The notes under the pieces were generated by a model that searched no databases, was not told the origin of the DNA, and worked only from the letters and a program-made list of their open reading frames with translations. From contig CBDAOC010000016.1 of NCBI GenBank assembly GCA_965197925.1, forward strand, positions 32,001 to 96,000: DNA of 64,000 nt, written 5' to 3'. The first letter of the stretch is position 1, and every line of letters starts with the position of its first letter. Below, piece by piece: positions 1 to 8,905 of the stretch. This DNA comes from Nitrososphaerales archaeon. Lineage in GTDB: Archaea > Thermoproteota > Nitrososphaeria > Nitrososphaerales > UBA213. Position numbers and translations under genes: made by a program.

Positions 1-311
1 TGGAGTAAACGATGTATAACATGTACGCAGTCAAAATTCTGTACCACTTGTGAAACCTACAAACCTAAACAAATGGTACCATACAAAACATGCCACACAT
101 GTTACAACAGTAAAGTATGTGCACTTTGTAACGAACGTAAAATAAAAGCTAGTTTTGCAGTAATCGCTCCCGCTACTCTATTCCAAAATGGAATATTGTA
201 TGAACCATCCAAATGCTCTGCAAATAATATAGAGTACCGATACTGCTATGAATGTAGAACTAACATAGACAACACAACTAAAAATCAACCTATTGAGGAG
301 ACCACCACCTA

Positions 312-788
312 ATGATTCCAGCTCTCATGCCTATTGGCATTATTGAAACCCATGAACAAGAAGGAAGCTACACTTTTCTACGCTTGCCCGTAGATCACGA
401 TAAGCTCGATCTCGATAGCGAAGTTGTTGTATGGAACATGCAAAACGATACCCTCGCTAAGTGTCGCGGCGTAGTAACTGAACTGACTGGTGACGTTGGT
501 TCTGTAAAAATCACTGAACAGAACATCGGTAGCACCTGGCCCGAAGGCGTAGATCCCTTCGGTTATGCAAACCCTGTATATATTGCAGGCAAACCTGAAG
601 ACTACGAAGAAGATGTTTACCAGCCCTTGCAGACCGTTGAAATGATGGTTCCCGACAAGGCTCGAATGGAGTTGCTCACCAATCTCAGTGCAGAGCACAA
701 GGACACCGCAAACATAGATCCTGCCTACGCAGCTATCATGCCGAAAGGGGCTCTGCTTGAGGAAGGGTTCTTCGAAGAGGAGCACTAG
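312..788 (+). CDS. hypothetical acidic protein
   Basis: 158-aa ORF with GAGGAG upstream; no recognised motif. Confidence 0.6.
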   Translation: MIPALMPIGIIETHEQEGSYTFLRLPVDHDKLDLDSEVVVWNMQNDTLAKCRGVVTELTGDVGSVKITEQNIGSTWPEGVDPFGYANPVYIAGKPEDYEEDVYQPLQTVEMMVPDKARMELLTNLSAEHKDTANIDPAYAAIMPKGALLEEGFFEEEH

Positions 789-922
789 TAAACAGGTGTG
801 CAGGTCTACTTAGGAGTACATCTGTTCTAGGGGTTCCTTATAAAGCGGAGTAGCTGCGGATATTTGATCTATGCTACTCCGTTACTACTTCATCTCCACT
901 CACCACCCCCAACGAGTACACT

Positions 923-1108
923 ATGGACGAGCAAGAATACACCCACAAGCATGATCACAAACACAACAATGATGTAAATGTAGATCATGCACATCATCAT
1001 AGTCACAACTACACGCCGGAAGCAGCGGACGTTGTATACACGAATAACCACACTCGAAACCCTGAATCAGAAGTAAAAGCTTCAAAAAATCACGGACATA
1101 GACACTAA
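923..1108 (+). CDS. small His-rich protein
   Basis: 61 aa with HKHDHKH and HAHHHSH tracts. Confidence 0.45.
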   Translation: MDEQEYTHKHDHKHNNDVNVDHAHHHSHNYTPEAADVVYTNNHTRNPESEVKASKNHGHRH

Positions 1109-1207
1109 CTAGCCCACCCAAATCACCTACATCAACAAATAGGGCTTAAATCACGCACTCAACAACAATTTACTAGTACTACTACAATCTAAGGAGAACA
1201 AACAACA

Positions 1208-1843
1208 ATGGAAAAGATCTTTATCACCGGCAACCTCGGCAACGACGCTACGATTGATACGTACGGTCAAGACACCGTAATCCGCTTCCGTGTAGCTTGC
1301 AACCGCCGTTATATGAACCGCGCTGGCGAACAGACCAACGAAACCACCTGGTACTCCTGCTCCTATTGGAATGTGCGCCCAGAATTGGCCGGAATCCTTC
1401 TCTCGGGCCGCCGCATCATGGTAGAAGGCACCCCTAGCACCCGTGCATATCAGAACAAGCAAGACATGCAGTGGTATGTCTCGAATGATGTGCGCGTCAT
1501 TTACCATGAAATGCAGGATGGACACCCCAGCAACCGCCAAGGCGCAGCACTCAACATCCCACAGGATGCTGTCGTACACCAAGCCACCACCGTCGCCCCA
1601 TCTGAATACCACATGACTCAGCAACAGCAAACCGCTGGCGTCACTGCTCCCGCAACCATTCAGATGCCTGATCGCGTAACTGAGCCTGCCACTGTTGCCG
1701 CAGCTCCTACTCCCGTACAGGAGCCCATGTTCCCCAATGCAGCCCCTCAGCTCCCTGAAACCCCGCTGAACGCATCCAGCCCTGAAACCCAAGGAATCGC
1801 CATGGAAGAAGTCAAGGTGATCGTCACCGATCTGCCTTACTAA
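1208..1843 (+). CDS. ssb: single-stranded DNA-binding protein
   Basis: SSB OB-fold motifs (ITGNLGND, FRVACNRRY, TTWY, GRRIMVEG); acidic/hydrophobic C-terminus DLPY; AAGGAG RBS. Confidence 0.9.
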   Translation: MEKIFITGNLGNDATIDTYGQDTVIRFRVACNRRYMNRAGEQTNETTWYSCSYWNVRPELAGILLSGRRIMVEGTPSTRAYQNKQDMQWYVSNDVRVIYHEMQDGHPSNRQGAALNIPQDAVVHQATTVAPSEYHMTQQQQTAGVTAPATIQMPDRVTEPATVAAAPTPVQEPMFPNAAPQLPETPLNASSPETQGIAMEEVKVIVTDLPY

Positions 1844-1850
1844 TCCACAA

Positions 1851-1883
1851 AACCCTAGTCTCTGTATATTAGAGACTAGGGTT
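1851..1883 (+). terminator. hairpin terminator after ssb
   Basis: AACCCTAGTCTCT/AGAGACTAGGGTT inverted repeat followed by an AT-rich tract. Confidence 0.7.
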
Positions 1884-1903
1884 AATTTATTTATAAGGAA
1901 AAT

Positions 1904-2503
1904 ATGACTCTACTAAATAACGAAAATGAAGACAACCTAAATAAAGCCGAAATAAATTGGGATAATCTCCTAAACGACATTCAGCAAGAATTAGGCCCTT
2001 CCGAAATTACCAATAATATAAACCCGAATCAATTAGAAAATATACCAGCACACACTGAAAAAACCCAAGAAGGTACTTGCATCTATTGCCTAAAATGTAC
2101 CGATGTAAAACTATGGTACCCACAATTCCCCATAGATAGCTATCATATCCCAATTGTACATTGGATCCGTGTAATGATAGCACCCAGAATGCAGCATTAT
2201 CGCAGATGCTTTATATGTATCATGCTTTACGTCATGCACAACCCAATGGAATTCAACCTTGTAGATCAAATATTAGCAGAAAAGCTACTACACGCAGTAC
2301 CCGATATGCTAAATAACATGCCACATTTATGCATACACGAAAATATCGCTGAACCTGCTCCTGAAACCCCCGCTTTGGCCGAAGGTCAGATACAAGAAAC
2401 TGAAGAACCTTCTACCAACGAAGAGACTCCTCGAACACCCAAAGATATTCGGCAAATCATAGCTGATTTCAACGATAACAAAGAAAAAGAGAATAATGGG
2501 TAA
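1904..2503 (+). CDS. hypothetical protein with two CxxC pairs
   Basis: CIYC...CFIC; AAGGA RBS. Confidence 0.55.
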   Translation: MTLLNNENEDNLNKAEINWDNLLNDIQQELGPSEITNNINPNQLENIPAHTEKTQEGTCIYCLKCTDVKLWYPQFPIDSYHIPIVHWIRVMIAPRMQHYRRCFICIMLYVMHNPMEFNLVDQILAEKLLHAVPDMLNNMPHLCIHENIAEPAPETPALAEGQIQETEEPSTNEETPRTPKDIRQIIADFNDNKEKENNG

Positions 2504-2536
2504 CGCGTTATTCCCTTACACACGAGGACATTAAAA
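2499..2536 (+). promoter_or_regulatory. bipartite motif GGTAACGCGTTATTCC-N16-TTAAAA, copy 1 (putative phage promoter)
   Basis: Same 16-mer and same 16-nt spacer to TTAAAA in three copies. Confidence 0.7.
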
Positions 2537-3551
2537 TGGCCGATACAAAAGAACTTGAAAATTCCGCATACGACAACTCAGTATTATCGCCAGCCGAGGG
2601 AATCAAGCGTCTAATAACTAAACTTATAACCGCGCTTAAAGAACAGAGCATAGAAGAGGCAAATGATATAGATCAAATATTATATTGTTTCCGACAACAT
2701 ATGAACACTAAACAACTGCATGCAATAAATGATGTAGCTGTAAAAATGAACAAAGCACTGAAAGACAGCGTTGAACAACTAGAAGAAGCAAACACTACTA
2801 TCAACTAGTACAGAAATAAGCCCTGCTCTCACAAGAACAGGGCTAACACCATGCACAGAAACGTACAAATAGCGAAATTAACAGAACACTTAAAAATACG
2901 TCTAGCAGAAGATAGACACGTATTTAAATCTGTTTTTCACCGAGTAGCACATACCCCTAGAACATTACTAAGATTACAAGATTATATCTATATAATCAAC
3001 AAATACCCATGTAAAAAAGTATCTATAAACCAAGATACAGTACATATGCGTTTCTCTACACCGAAACGCTCATTTTGCACAATACGCATACGAATGACAA
3101 AAACTAGATACCTAGAATATGGAGACTTCTCCACCGTCACATATGAAAAAGATTATCACACGTATAGATACACACATAGCTCTTCTACACTAATAAGAAT
3201 TTTAAACGTGGACTGGACAGAAATATTCCGCCATGCTAAAAAACATAAAGCCCACTATATGGAGCAGTATCTACATAGTATAGAATGCCTCTACTAACAC
3301 CACCCGACGAACTACAAGAAAACAACATAGATATACACCGACGATATATCACACTTAAAGACATACACGCAAAATCCCACGTAAATCTACAACATGCTAA
3401 TTTACTACTAACAAGAAAAGATGGAATATTACACCCATTAATAGCTTATCTTCTTCAAATGGGTAGATTAAACGGATGGTTCACTTACACATACTCAATA
3501 CCTATAACAAGATCCCATCCTATAAATGTACAAGCCTTAAGAGTCCTATAA

Positions 3552-3589
3552 GGTAACGCGTTATTCCTTAGCCCTAAGAACATTTAAAA
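3552..3589 (+). promoter_or_regulatory. bipartite motif, copy 2
   Basis: GGTAACGCGTTATTCC 3552-3567, TTAAAA 3584-3589; precedes the ncRNA cluster. Confidence 0.7.
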
Positions 3590-3592
3590 CAG

Positions 3593-3858
3593 CCGTTCCA
3601 GATAACTGAGAGACTAACTAGGGTCTAAAAGAAAGGAGAACGGTGTGGGCTGAGTAAAGTCTAAGAGGGCTAAGTACTAAGAACAGGATTCCTTCCAAAA
3701 AGGTAAAGCTGTGGAATAGTGACTTCCGATTTACTCAGCACAGTGAATCCAGATACCTAGCATCTACGATCATTGGATACATGATCTATGCTTATTACAG
3801 AACCAAACAGTGAGTGATATTTTACATTGAGTGTAAAATACGTATACCCATTCACTAG
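3593..3858 (+). ncRNA. candidate structured ncRNA with pseudoknot
   Basis: No long ORF; helices CCGTTC/GAACGG, GCTGAGTAAA/TTTACTCAGC, crossing GGATTC/GAATCC, plus two downstream hairpins. Confidence 0.5.
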
Positions 3859-3862
3859 TATA

Positions 3863-3927
3863 TACGGAGCGAAGAATTTTGGGTTATTTTCTATACAATA
3901 CCTCCCATAATCACCAACTACTCCGTA
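3863..3927 (+). ncRNA. Y-RNA-like gene Y1 (minimal)
   Basis: TACGGAG-CGAAG...GGGTTATT...CAACTA-CTCCGTA; ends pair. Confidence 0.6.
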
Positions 3928-3940
3928 GATTTACTCCTAC

Positions 3941-4072
3941 TATTGTGGGTCGAATGATAATTAGTTACTTAAAAATGCTGCCACCATTACTCTCTCCCCA
4001 AAAAGAATAATACTTTTTATCAAATAAGAAGTATTAGAGACCAACCTAATTACCACTTACTTACCTACAATA
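3941..4072 (+). ncRNA. Y-RNA-like gene Y2
   Basis: TATTGTGGGT-CGAA...AGTTACT...CTT-ACCTACAATA; 10-bp terminal stem. Confidence 0.65.
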
Positions 4073-4246
4073 AAATGAATAATCCACTAATAGAAACACT
4101 CATGTACTTCCAAGACTTAATGTATAATCGCAACTACGAATTCTATGCAACAAATGGGTATTATGTGAGACTTCATATAAATGCAAACCCTACTCTAAAA
4201 AGAGAGGCGGCTAAAACATGGGTTGATATCAACGTAGAAAACAACA

Positions 4247-4323
4247 GAAGACGAGTCGAACGAGTATAGGTTATTATTACCATTTCAAATAAACACCCCT
4301 ATCTCATCAATTTATTCGTCTTC
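4247..4323 (+). ncRNA. Y-RNA-like gene Y3 (minimal)
   Basis: GAAGACGAGT-CGAA...GGTTATT...TTT-ATTCGTCTTC. Confidence 0.65.
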
Positions 4324-4349
4324 ATATACTAACATACTATTAAAAAGCT

Positions 4350-4424
4350 GCAGAGCCGAATGAAATGGGTTATTCTTACCATTTATAAGAGCCAACTCTA
4401 CCCCATCTCAAACACTTGTTCTGC
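4350..4424 (+). ncRNA. Y-RNA-like gene Y4 (minimal)
   Basis: GCAGAGC-CGAA...GGGTTATT...CTT-GTTCTGC. Confidence 0.65.
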
Positions 4425-4905
4425 CATCTAAGTATCACATTATACTCTGCGACACTAGCAGCCAAGCTAAGATAATGTCCACACGACATTGAGCACCGTT
4501 GAGCTAATGGTATTCATATAATCGCTTCGTCGCAGAACATAACGTGACACACATACACTTTGCATAAAACCCTACTAAAAATTCATCGTGAAAGAAACAT
4601 AGATCAAATAAAACACGAAATACAACGACTAATAAATCTTCAACATGCACTTCACCTGCACAACATCATACCACCATTAAAACGTAGACAAGATCGTATA
4701 ATGTCAAATATAGATTGATAACTCTTACAGATTATCACCACTTACTATGGGAATTTAGTAGAATAACATACAGCACACACTATGCTATTATTAGACACCC
4801 AATAAGTTGGTATCTACTAGATCTACATATTTTAATAGCAAAAGAACATAGAAAAATACACTGCAATATTTACCGATAATATGCAACAACAACAATAAAG
4901 GAGAC

Positions 4906-5289
4906 ATGACACAAAAATCCACAAGTCCTAATTTAGATCCAACGTATCAGGAGACAACACTACTTGCAGAAGTAACTTCAGATCCTATCCAAATAGTGGA
5001 CAAAAACAACAATGAAATTACATATTACCGCGTAGCGGTTAATCATTACTACACACACCCAACAACAAAAGAAAACAGAGTTTTCGTTAACAAATTTACT
5101 TGTGAAGTAAGAGGAGATGTTGCTAGCGACATGGCTGATAAGTATGTTCGCATAGGTGACATAGTATTAGTAGTAGGCAACATAGGTATTGATACAGGAA
5201 ATCGTAATAACAACGATAATGTAACAACTCCACAACTATTACTAAAAGTCCGTATACAAAAAATAATTCAAACATCCGACGCAGATTAA
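4906..5289 (+). CDS. second SSB-like OB-fold protein
   Basis: YRVAVNHYY...VRIGDIVLVVG pattern of the SSB family; no acidic tail. Confidence 0.65.
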   Translation: MTQKSTSPNLDPTYQETTLLAEVTSDPIQIVDKNNNEITYYRVAVNHYYTHPTTKENRVFVNKFTCEVRGDVASDMADKYVRIGDIVLVVGNIGIDTGNRNNNDNVTTPQLLLKVRIQKIIQTSDAD

Positions 5290-5321
5290 TTAACTAAATT
5301 ACAACATTACAAAGGAACAAA

Positions 5322-6014
5322 ATGCCAGTATCAGAAGTAAATATCACGGTCGACACTCGAGATTTCCTCGACTACAATCTAGTTGCTGGAGCCTATAGAG
5401 TCGCCCTTGAAAGAAATCAAGGACAAATAGGAATCTTTAACCTTGACCGCAAAACGTACGACGAATATGACGCCGCCGCCGCCGCAATAGGGTACGCATT
5501 GGAATCAATCCATGAACCCTTGGCAAACGAGAACATTTTCAATTACAACATCACTATCCATAGTGAGTACGGCCACGGCTTGTGGGCAACGCTCATGGAA
5601 AAGAAAGTACAGGCTTACGAGCATCTGTACCGAAAAATGAATGCCAATCCCAACGTAACCGTACGTACGGGACTTACCCGTCCAGGTAACAACCCATTGC
5701 GCAATCACACTTACATCGCAGCCATCAAGGGTTTGACCGATGTAGAACTTCCTGCAACCCTCGCTGACACCAACCCACATCAATGGTTCACCTTGCAAAA
5801 GGTATTCTCCGAATGTTATGGGCCTATCACCAGCATTGGCACCCCTGCAACCGACAACCTAGTAACCAACACGATGGAATTCGATCGCATCAAGCAGGAA
5901 ACTCCCGACGTTCACTATGCTCTTCGCCGGGCTGTTGAACATCTACAAAGCCGTCAGGGCGTAGGTAACTCTGAACAAAAGCAAGAGCTTAGTCTCACCG
6001 CTGCGGTTCAGTAA
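5322..6014 (+). CDS. hypothetical protein, possibly a degenerate RNase H-like N-terminal fold
   Basis: ITVD...AIGYALE...ITIHSE spacing resembles RNase HI; catalytic set incomplete. Confidence 0.35.
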   Translation: MPVSEVNITVDTRDFLDYNLVAGAYRVALERNQGQIGIFNLDRKTYDEYDAAAAAIGYALESIHEPLANENIFNYNITIHSEYGHGLWATLMEKKVQAYEHLYRKMNANPNVTVRTGLTRPGNNPLRNHTYIAAIKGLTDVELPATLADTNPHQWFTLQKVFSECYGPITSIGTPATDNLVTNTMEFDRIKQETPDVHYALRRAVEHLQSRQGVGNSEQKQELSLTAAVQ

Positions 6015-6063
6015 TAACCTACGAGCTGGGACACGTCCTAGTGTATACAGGAATACAAATCCG

Positions 6064-6072
6064 TGGTATACT
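6064..6072 (+). promoter_or_regulatory. extended -10 element (TGGTATACT) upstream of the tRNA array
   Basis: Matches TGnTAnnnT; 8 nt before tRNA-Tyr. Confidence 0.55.
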
Positions 6073-6080
6073 ATACAAAT

Positions 6081-6167
6081 GAGAGGGTCAGATAGCGGCA
6101 ATTCTAGTGGGCTGTAACCCCACCGACCGAGAGGTCTACGTTGGTTCGAGTCCAACTCCTTTCACCA
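6081..6167 (+). tRNA. tRNA-Tyr(GTA)
   Basis: GTGGG-CTGTAAC-CCCAC anticodon arm, long variable arm, TTCGAGT loop, ACCA. Confidence 0.9.
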
Positions 6168-6168
6168 T

Positions 6169-6242
6169 GGGCTAGTAGTCGAACAGAAAGACGCCGGGCG
6201 TGGAGTCCGGAGAAGGTAGTGCAATTCTATCCTAACCCACCA
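6169..6242 (+). tRNA. atypical tRNA-like RNA (anticodon TGG)
   Basis: Cloverleaf with CCGGG-CGTGGAG-TCCGG arm (G33), TGCAATT T-loop, ACCA. Confidence 0.6.
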
Positions 6243-6243
6243 C

Positions 6244-6278
6244 GGGCAAGAGACAGGGAAACCTTCTCTTGCCCACCA
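6244..6278 (+). ncRNA. ACCA-ended minihelix 1
   Basis: GGGCAAGAGA-C-AGG-GAAA-CCT-TCTCTTGCCC-ACCA. Confidence 0.65.
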
Positions 6279-6282
6279 ATCA

Positions 6283-6360
6283 TACCGGATAAGACTCAAA
6301 ATTAGAGCTATGAACCTGATACGTTCGTGCGTACTAGTTGAAATACTAGTTCCGGTGCCA
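6283..6360 (+). tRNA. atypical tRNA-like RNA (anticodon GAT), copy A
   Basis: ACCGGA/TCCGGT acceptor, extended TATGAAC-CTGATAC-GTTCGTG arm, TGAAAT T-loop, GCCA end. Confidence 0.6.
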
Positions 6361-6361
6361 T

Positions 6362-6395
6362 GGGAGAGTTCGGTTAACTCTGAGTTCTCCCACCA
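6362..6395 (+). ncRNA. ACCA-ended minihelix 2
   Basis: 12-bp stem GGGAGAGTTCGG/CTGAGTTCTCCC, loop TTAACT, then ACCA. Confidence 0.65.
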
Positions 6396-6400
6396 TTTAT

Positions 6401-6479
6401 GTGAGGTAAGTCTCAACATTAGAGCTATGAACCTGATACGTTCATGTGTGAGAGGTGAAAGTCCTCTACCCTCACCCCA
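6401..6479 (+). tRNA. atypical tRNA-like RNA (anticodon GAT), copy B
   Basis: GTGAGG/CCTCAC acceptor; shares ATTAGAGCTATGAACCTGATACGTTC with copy A; AGAGG-TGAAAGT-CCTCT; CCCA end. Confidence 0.6.
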
Positions 6480-6633
6480 TTTACTGACAGAACCCTATAC
6501 GCCTCTTCATCATGCGCACCAAATAGGGTCATATCGTACCTAAGTATTGTGCACAAATATTTAGGTGACACAAAAACCCTGTCCTGGCCTCTGAGTATTC
6601 GGAGACCAGGACATTAATTATACCCACTATAAG

Positions 6634-6671
6634 GGTAACGCGTTATTCCACCGTGATATACCCTTTTAAAA
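6634..6671 (+). promoter_or_regulatory. bipartite motif, copy 3
   Basis: GGTAACGCGTTATTCC 6634-6649, TTAAAA 6666-6671. Confidence 0.7.
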
Positions 6672-7363
6672 CACAGACTACCCCGCTCGTCACATTGTTC
6701 TCATAGACACCCTGAATTAACATGTAGCCTAGAACTACGACTGATTCCGGTTCATACCTCTGTATATTTAGAGAATGTAGAGATAAACCTCCTACTCGTG
6801 ACATTCAATGAGATAGCTGAGCTACTTCGTAAGTAACTTAGAGCGTGTGGGAGAGTGCCTCCACTCCGCGACACGCAACGCATACATTATCTAATAACAT
6901 AACATGCTATACTAAAAGAAAGGAGAAACTATGTTAGACTATTATTTAGAAAAAAACCACAACCACACCGATACACATGTAGTACAAGCATATCACGACA
7001 CAATTAACGAAGAGTTAGAACACCCACACACGTCGACCATCATTCTTCAACCTGAAGAGGCAAAAAAGTCTATGCCAGATAACGACGTAATAAATGATAT
7101 TTTAGAACACAGTATGCATCCAAAATTTGAAATGTATTAAATGTGACAACAAACCTAATACCAACGATTGCAGAGCAATACACAGTACTAGATTTCAAAA
7201 ACAGAAAAAGATTAAACAAGATATTAACAGGCTATAAAATTTTACAATATAGTGGCTACTTACGAACACAAATCACTGTACTAAAATTCAAAGACAACTC
7301 TGAACTAACTCATTGCAAAGGAAAATACTACATAACCTAGCGCACACAACAAGGATGTGCAAC

Positions 7364-7936
7364 ATGGCAACCGCAAAGAAGAAACAAAATCAACCTATAC
7401 CAACGGTAATGATTTACACTGATGGATCGTGTTCACCTAACCCAGGCATAGGTGGATGGGCTGGTATAATCACACACCAAAACTATCAGCGTGAATTGTT
7501 TGGCGGATTCCAGCATACTAGCAGCAATAGAATGGAGATGATGGCATTTCTCAAATGCCTAGAATCTTTAACACGAAAACACGTTGTTTATCTATACTCT
7601 GATAGCAGATATCTAGTAACACCAATTCAACAGGGAAAAATTAAACAGTGGCTAAAAGCTAGCAACTCTGGTAAATTTGTGAAGAACATTGATCTATGGC
7701 GCAAACTGCTATATTATAGCAGAGAGCATATTATACATGCTACATGGGTTAAAGGACACAATAAAAACACCAACAACGAACGATGTGACAAACTAGCCAA
7801 GATGATACGTACCACACAGGATAAATCGCTCCTAGAAATAGACACGGAGTATGTAAAGTCAATACAAACAGCCAATTACCCGAAGTCAAATGTACCGCCT
7901 GTAGTGCAACAGGAATCTCTGTTACAACATGCTTAA
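7364..7936 (+). CDS. rnhA: ribonuclease HI
   Basis: IYTDGSC.PNPG.GGW, NRME, SDSRY, WVKGH, NERCD motifs; start inferred from AAGGA RBS. Confidence 0.93.
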   Translation: MATAKKKQNQPIPTVMIYTDGSCSPNPGIGGWAGIITHQNYQRELFGGFQHTSSNRMEMMAFLKCLESLTRKHVVYLYSDSRYLVTPIQQGKIKQWLKASNSGKFVKNIDLWRKLLYYSREHIIHATWVKGHNKNTNNERCDKLAKMIRTTQDKSLLEIDTEYVKSIQTANYPKSNVPPVVQQESLLQHA

Positions 7937-7981
7937 AATGTAGAACACGTGGCATATGTAACAAATGCTACAGGAAAGAAC

Positions 7982-8878
7982 ATGGCATCTCATGCACAAA
8001 AGAAAGAACTTAATTTAGGCGTAGGCCTGAGATATCCGGTCTTCGTGGGGTCAGGAGTAGTTTTATTTACTAGAGATATAACTTCAACTGACCCCGAGTT
8101 TCAAGTAATCCTACACGCCACAGCAACTGCTACACAGATGGCAGGCCCAAAAATACTCAGCAAAGAACCACCCAAAGCATCAGTAGGATACGACAAGAAA
8201 ACAAATAGAGTTATAACCTACTACAGTTATCCACAGGCGTGTATAACAACAGAAGAATGTATAGACATAGTAAACAGAATCAAAACACTACCGTATCCAG
8301 AACATATGTTAGACAGAACCAAACAACGAAATATTATTCTGAACTATGACTTCAATAACACATTAATAGATGATAAATGTTTAGTTCAACTACTTAACGC
8401 ACCTCACTTATTCTATGCAATAGAACTAACATGCAATAAAGTACCAGATAACTTAATAGATGTAAACACAAAAATACGCAAAATAAAAAAGTACCTACCC
8501 ACTACCAAAGTATGGTTAAAATTACCGCATCCAACAGACGTACAAGACACAACATATCTAACACAATTAACAGCACCAGATGCAATCGTACTAGGACAAG
8601 GACGCCCGGCCGTTAACGAAAATATAGAGACATTCAATCCTACAAAGCCCACCTTGGAAGCGGGAACACACTTATACCAGAGTACCTGTGCAACAGTAAT
8701 CTCTTGTCGAGAAAACATGCAAGTACCAATGATCGTAGGTGGCGGAATCCATACAGACGCACAAGTTATGGAACTATTAAAATACGGAGCATCAGGAGTA
8801 CAAGTAACTAGTGCTATATGTAAAAATTGGATGAACACTATATCTTTATACAAGAAACTACGCAAATCCTACCGATAA
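7982..8878 (+). CDS. divergent dihydroorotate dehydrogenase-like flavoprotein
   Basis: PVFVGSG, IELTC, VWLKLP, IVGGGIHT, GASGVQVTSA. Confidence 0.6.
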   Translation: MASHAQKKELNLGVGLRYPVFVGSGVVLFTRDITSTDPEFQVILHATATATQMAGPKILSKEPPKASVGYDKKTNRVITYYSYPQACITTEECIDIVNRIKTLPYPEHMLDRTKQRNIILNYDFNNTLIDDKCLVQLLNAPHLFYAIELTCNKVPDNLIDVNTKIRKIKKYLPTTKVWLKLPHPTDVQDTTYLTQLTAPDAIVLGQGRPAVNENIETFNPTKPTLEAGTHLYQSTCATVISCRENMQVPMIVGGGIHTDAQVMELLKYGASGVQVTSAICKNWMNTISLYKKLRKSYR

Positions 8879-8905
8879 ATAATAACAACAAAGAGGTGAT
8901 GTTAC

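Noticed and set aside
845..882. GCGGAGTAGC/GCTACTCCGT hairpin as another Y RNA
   Set aside because: Lacks the CGA and TTATT motifs; more likely a terminator or stabilising hairpin
6162..6543. ORFs 6310-6543(+) and 6162-6419(-), including the repeated peptide MNLIRSCV
   Set aside because: They overlap the tRNA-like array; the repeat is the shared anticodon arm of the two GAT RNAs
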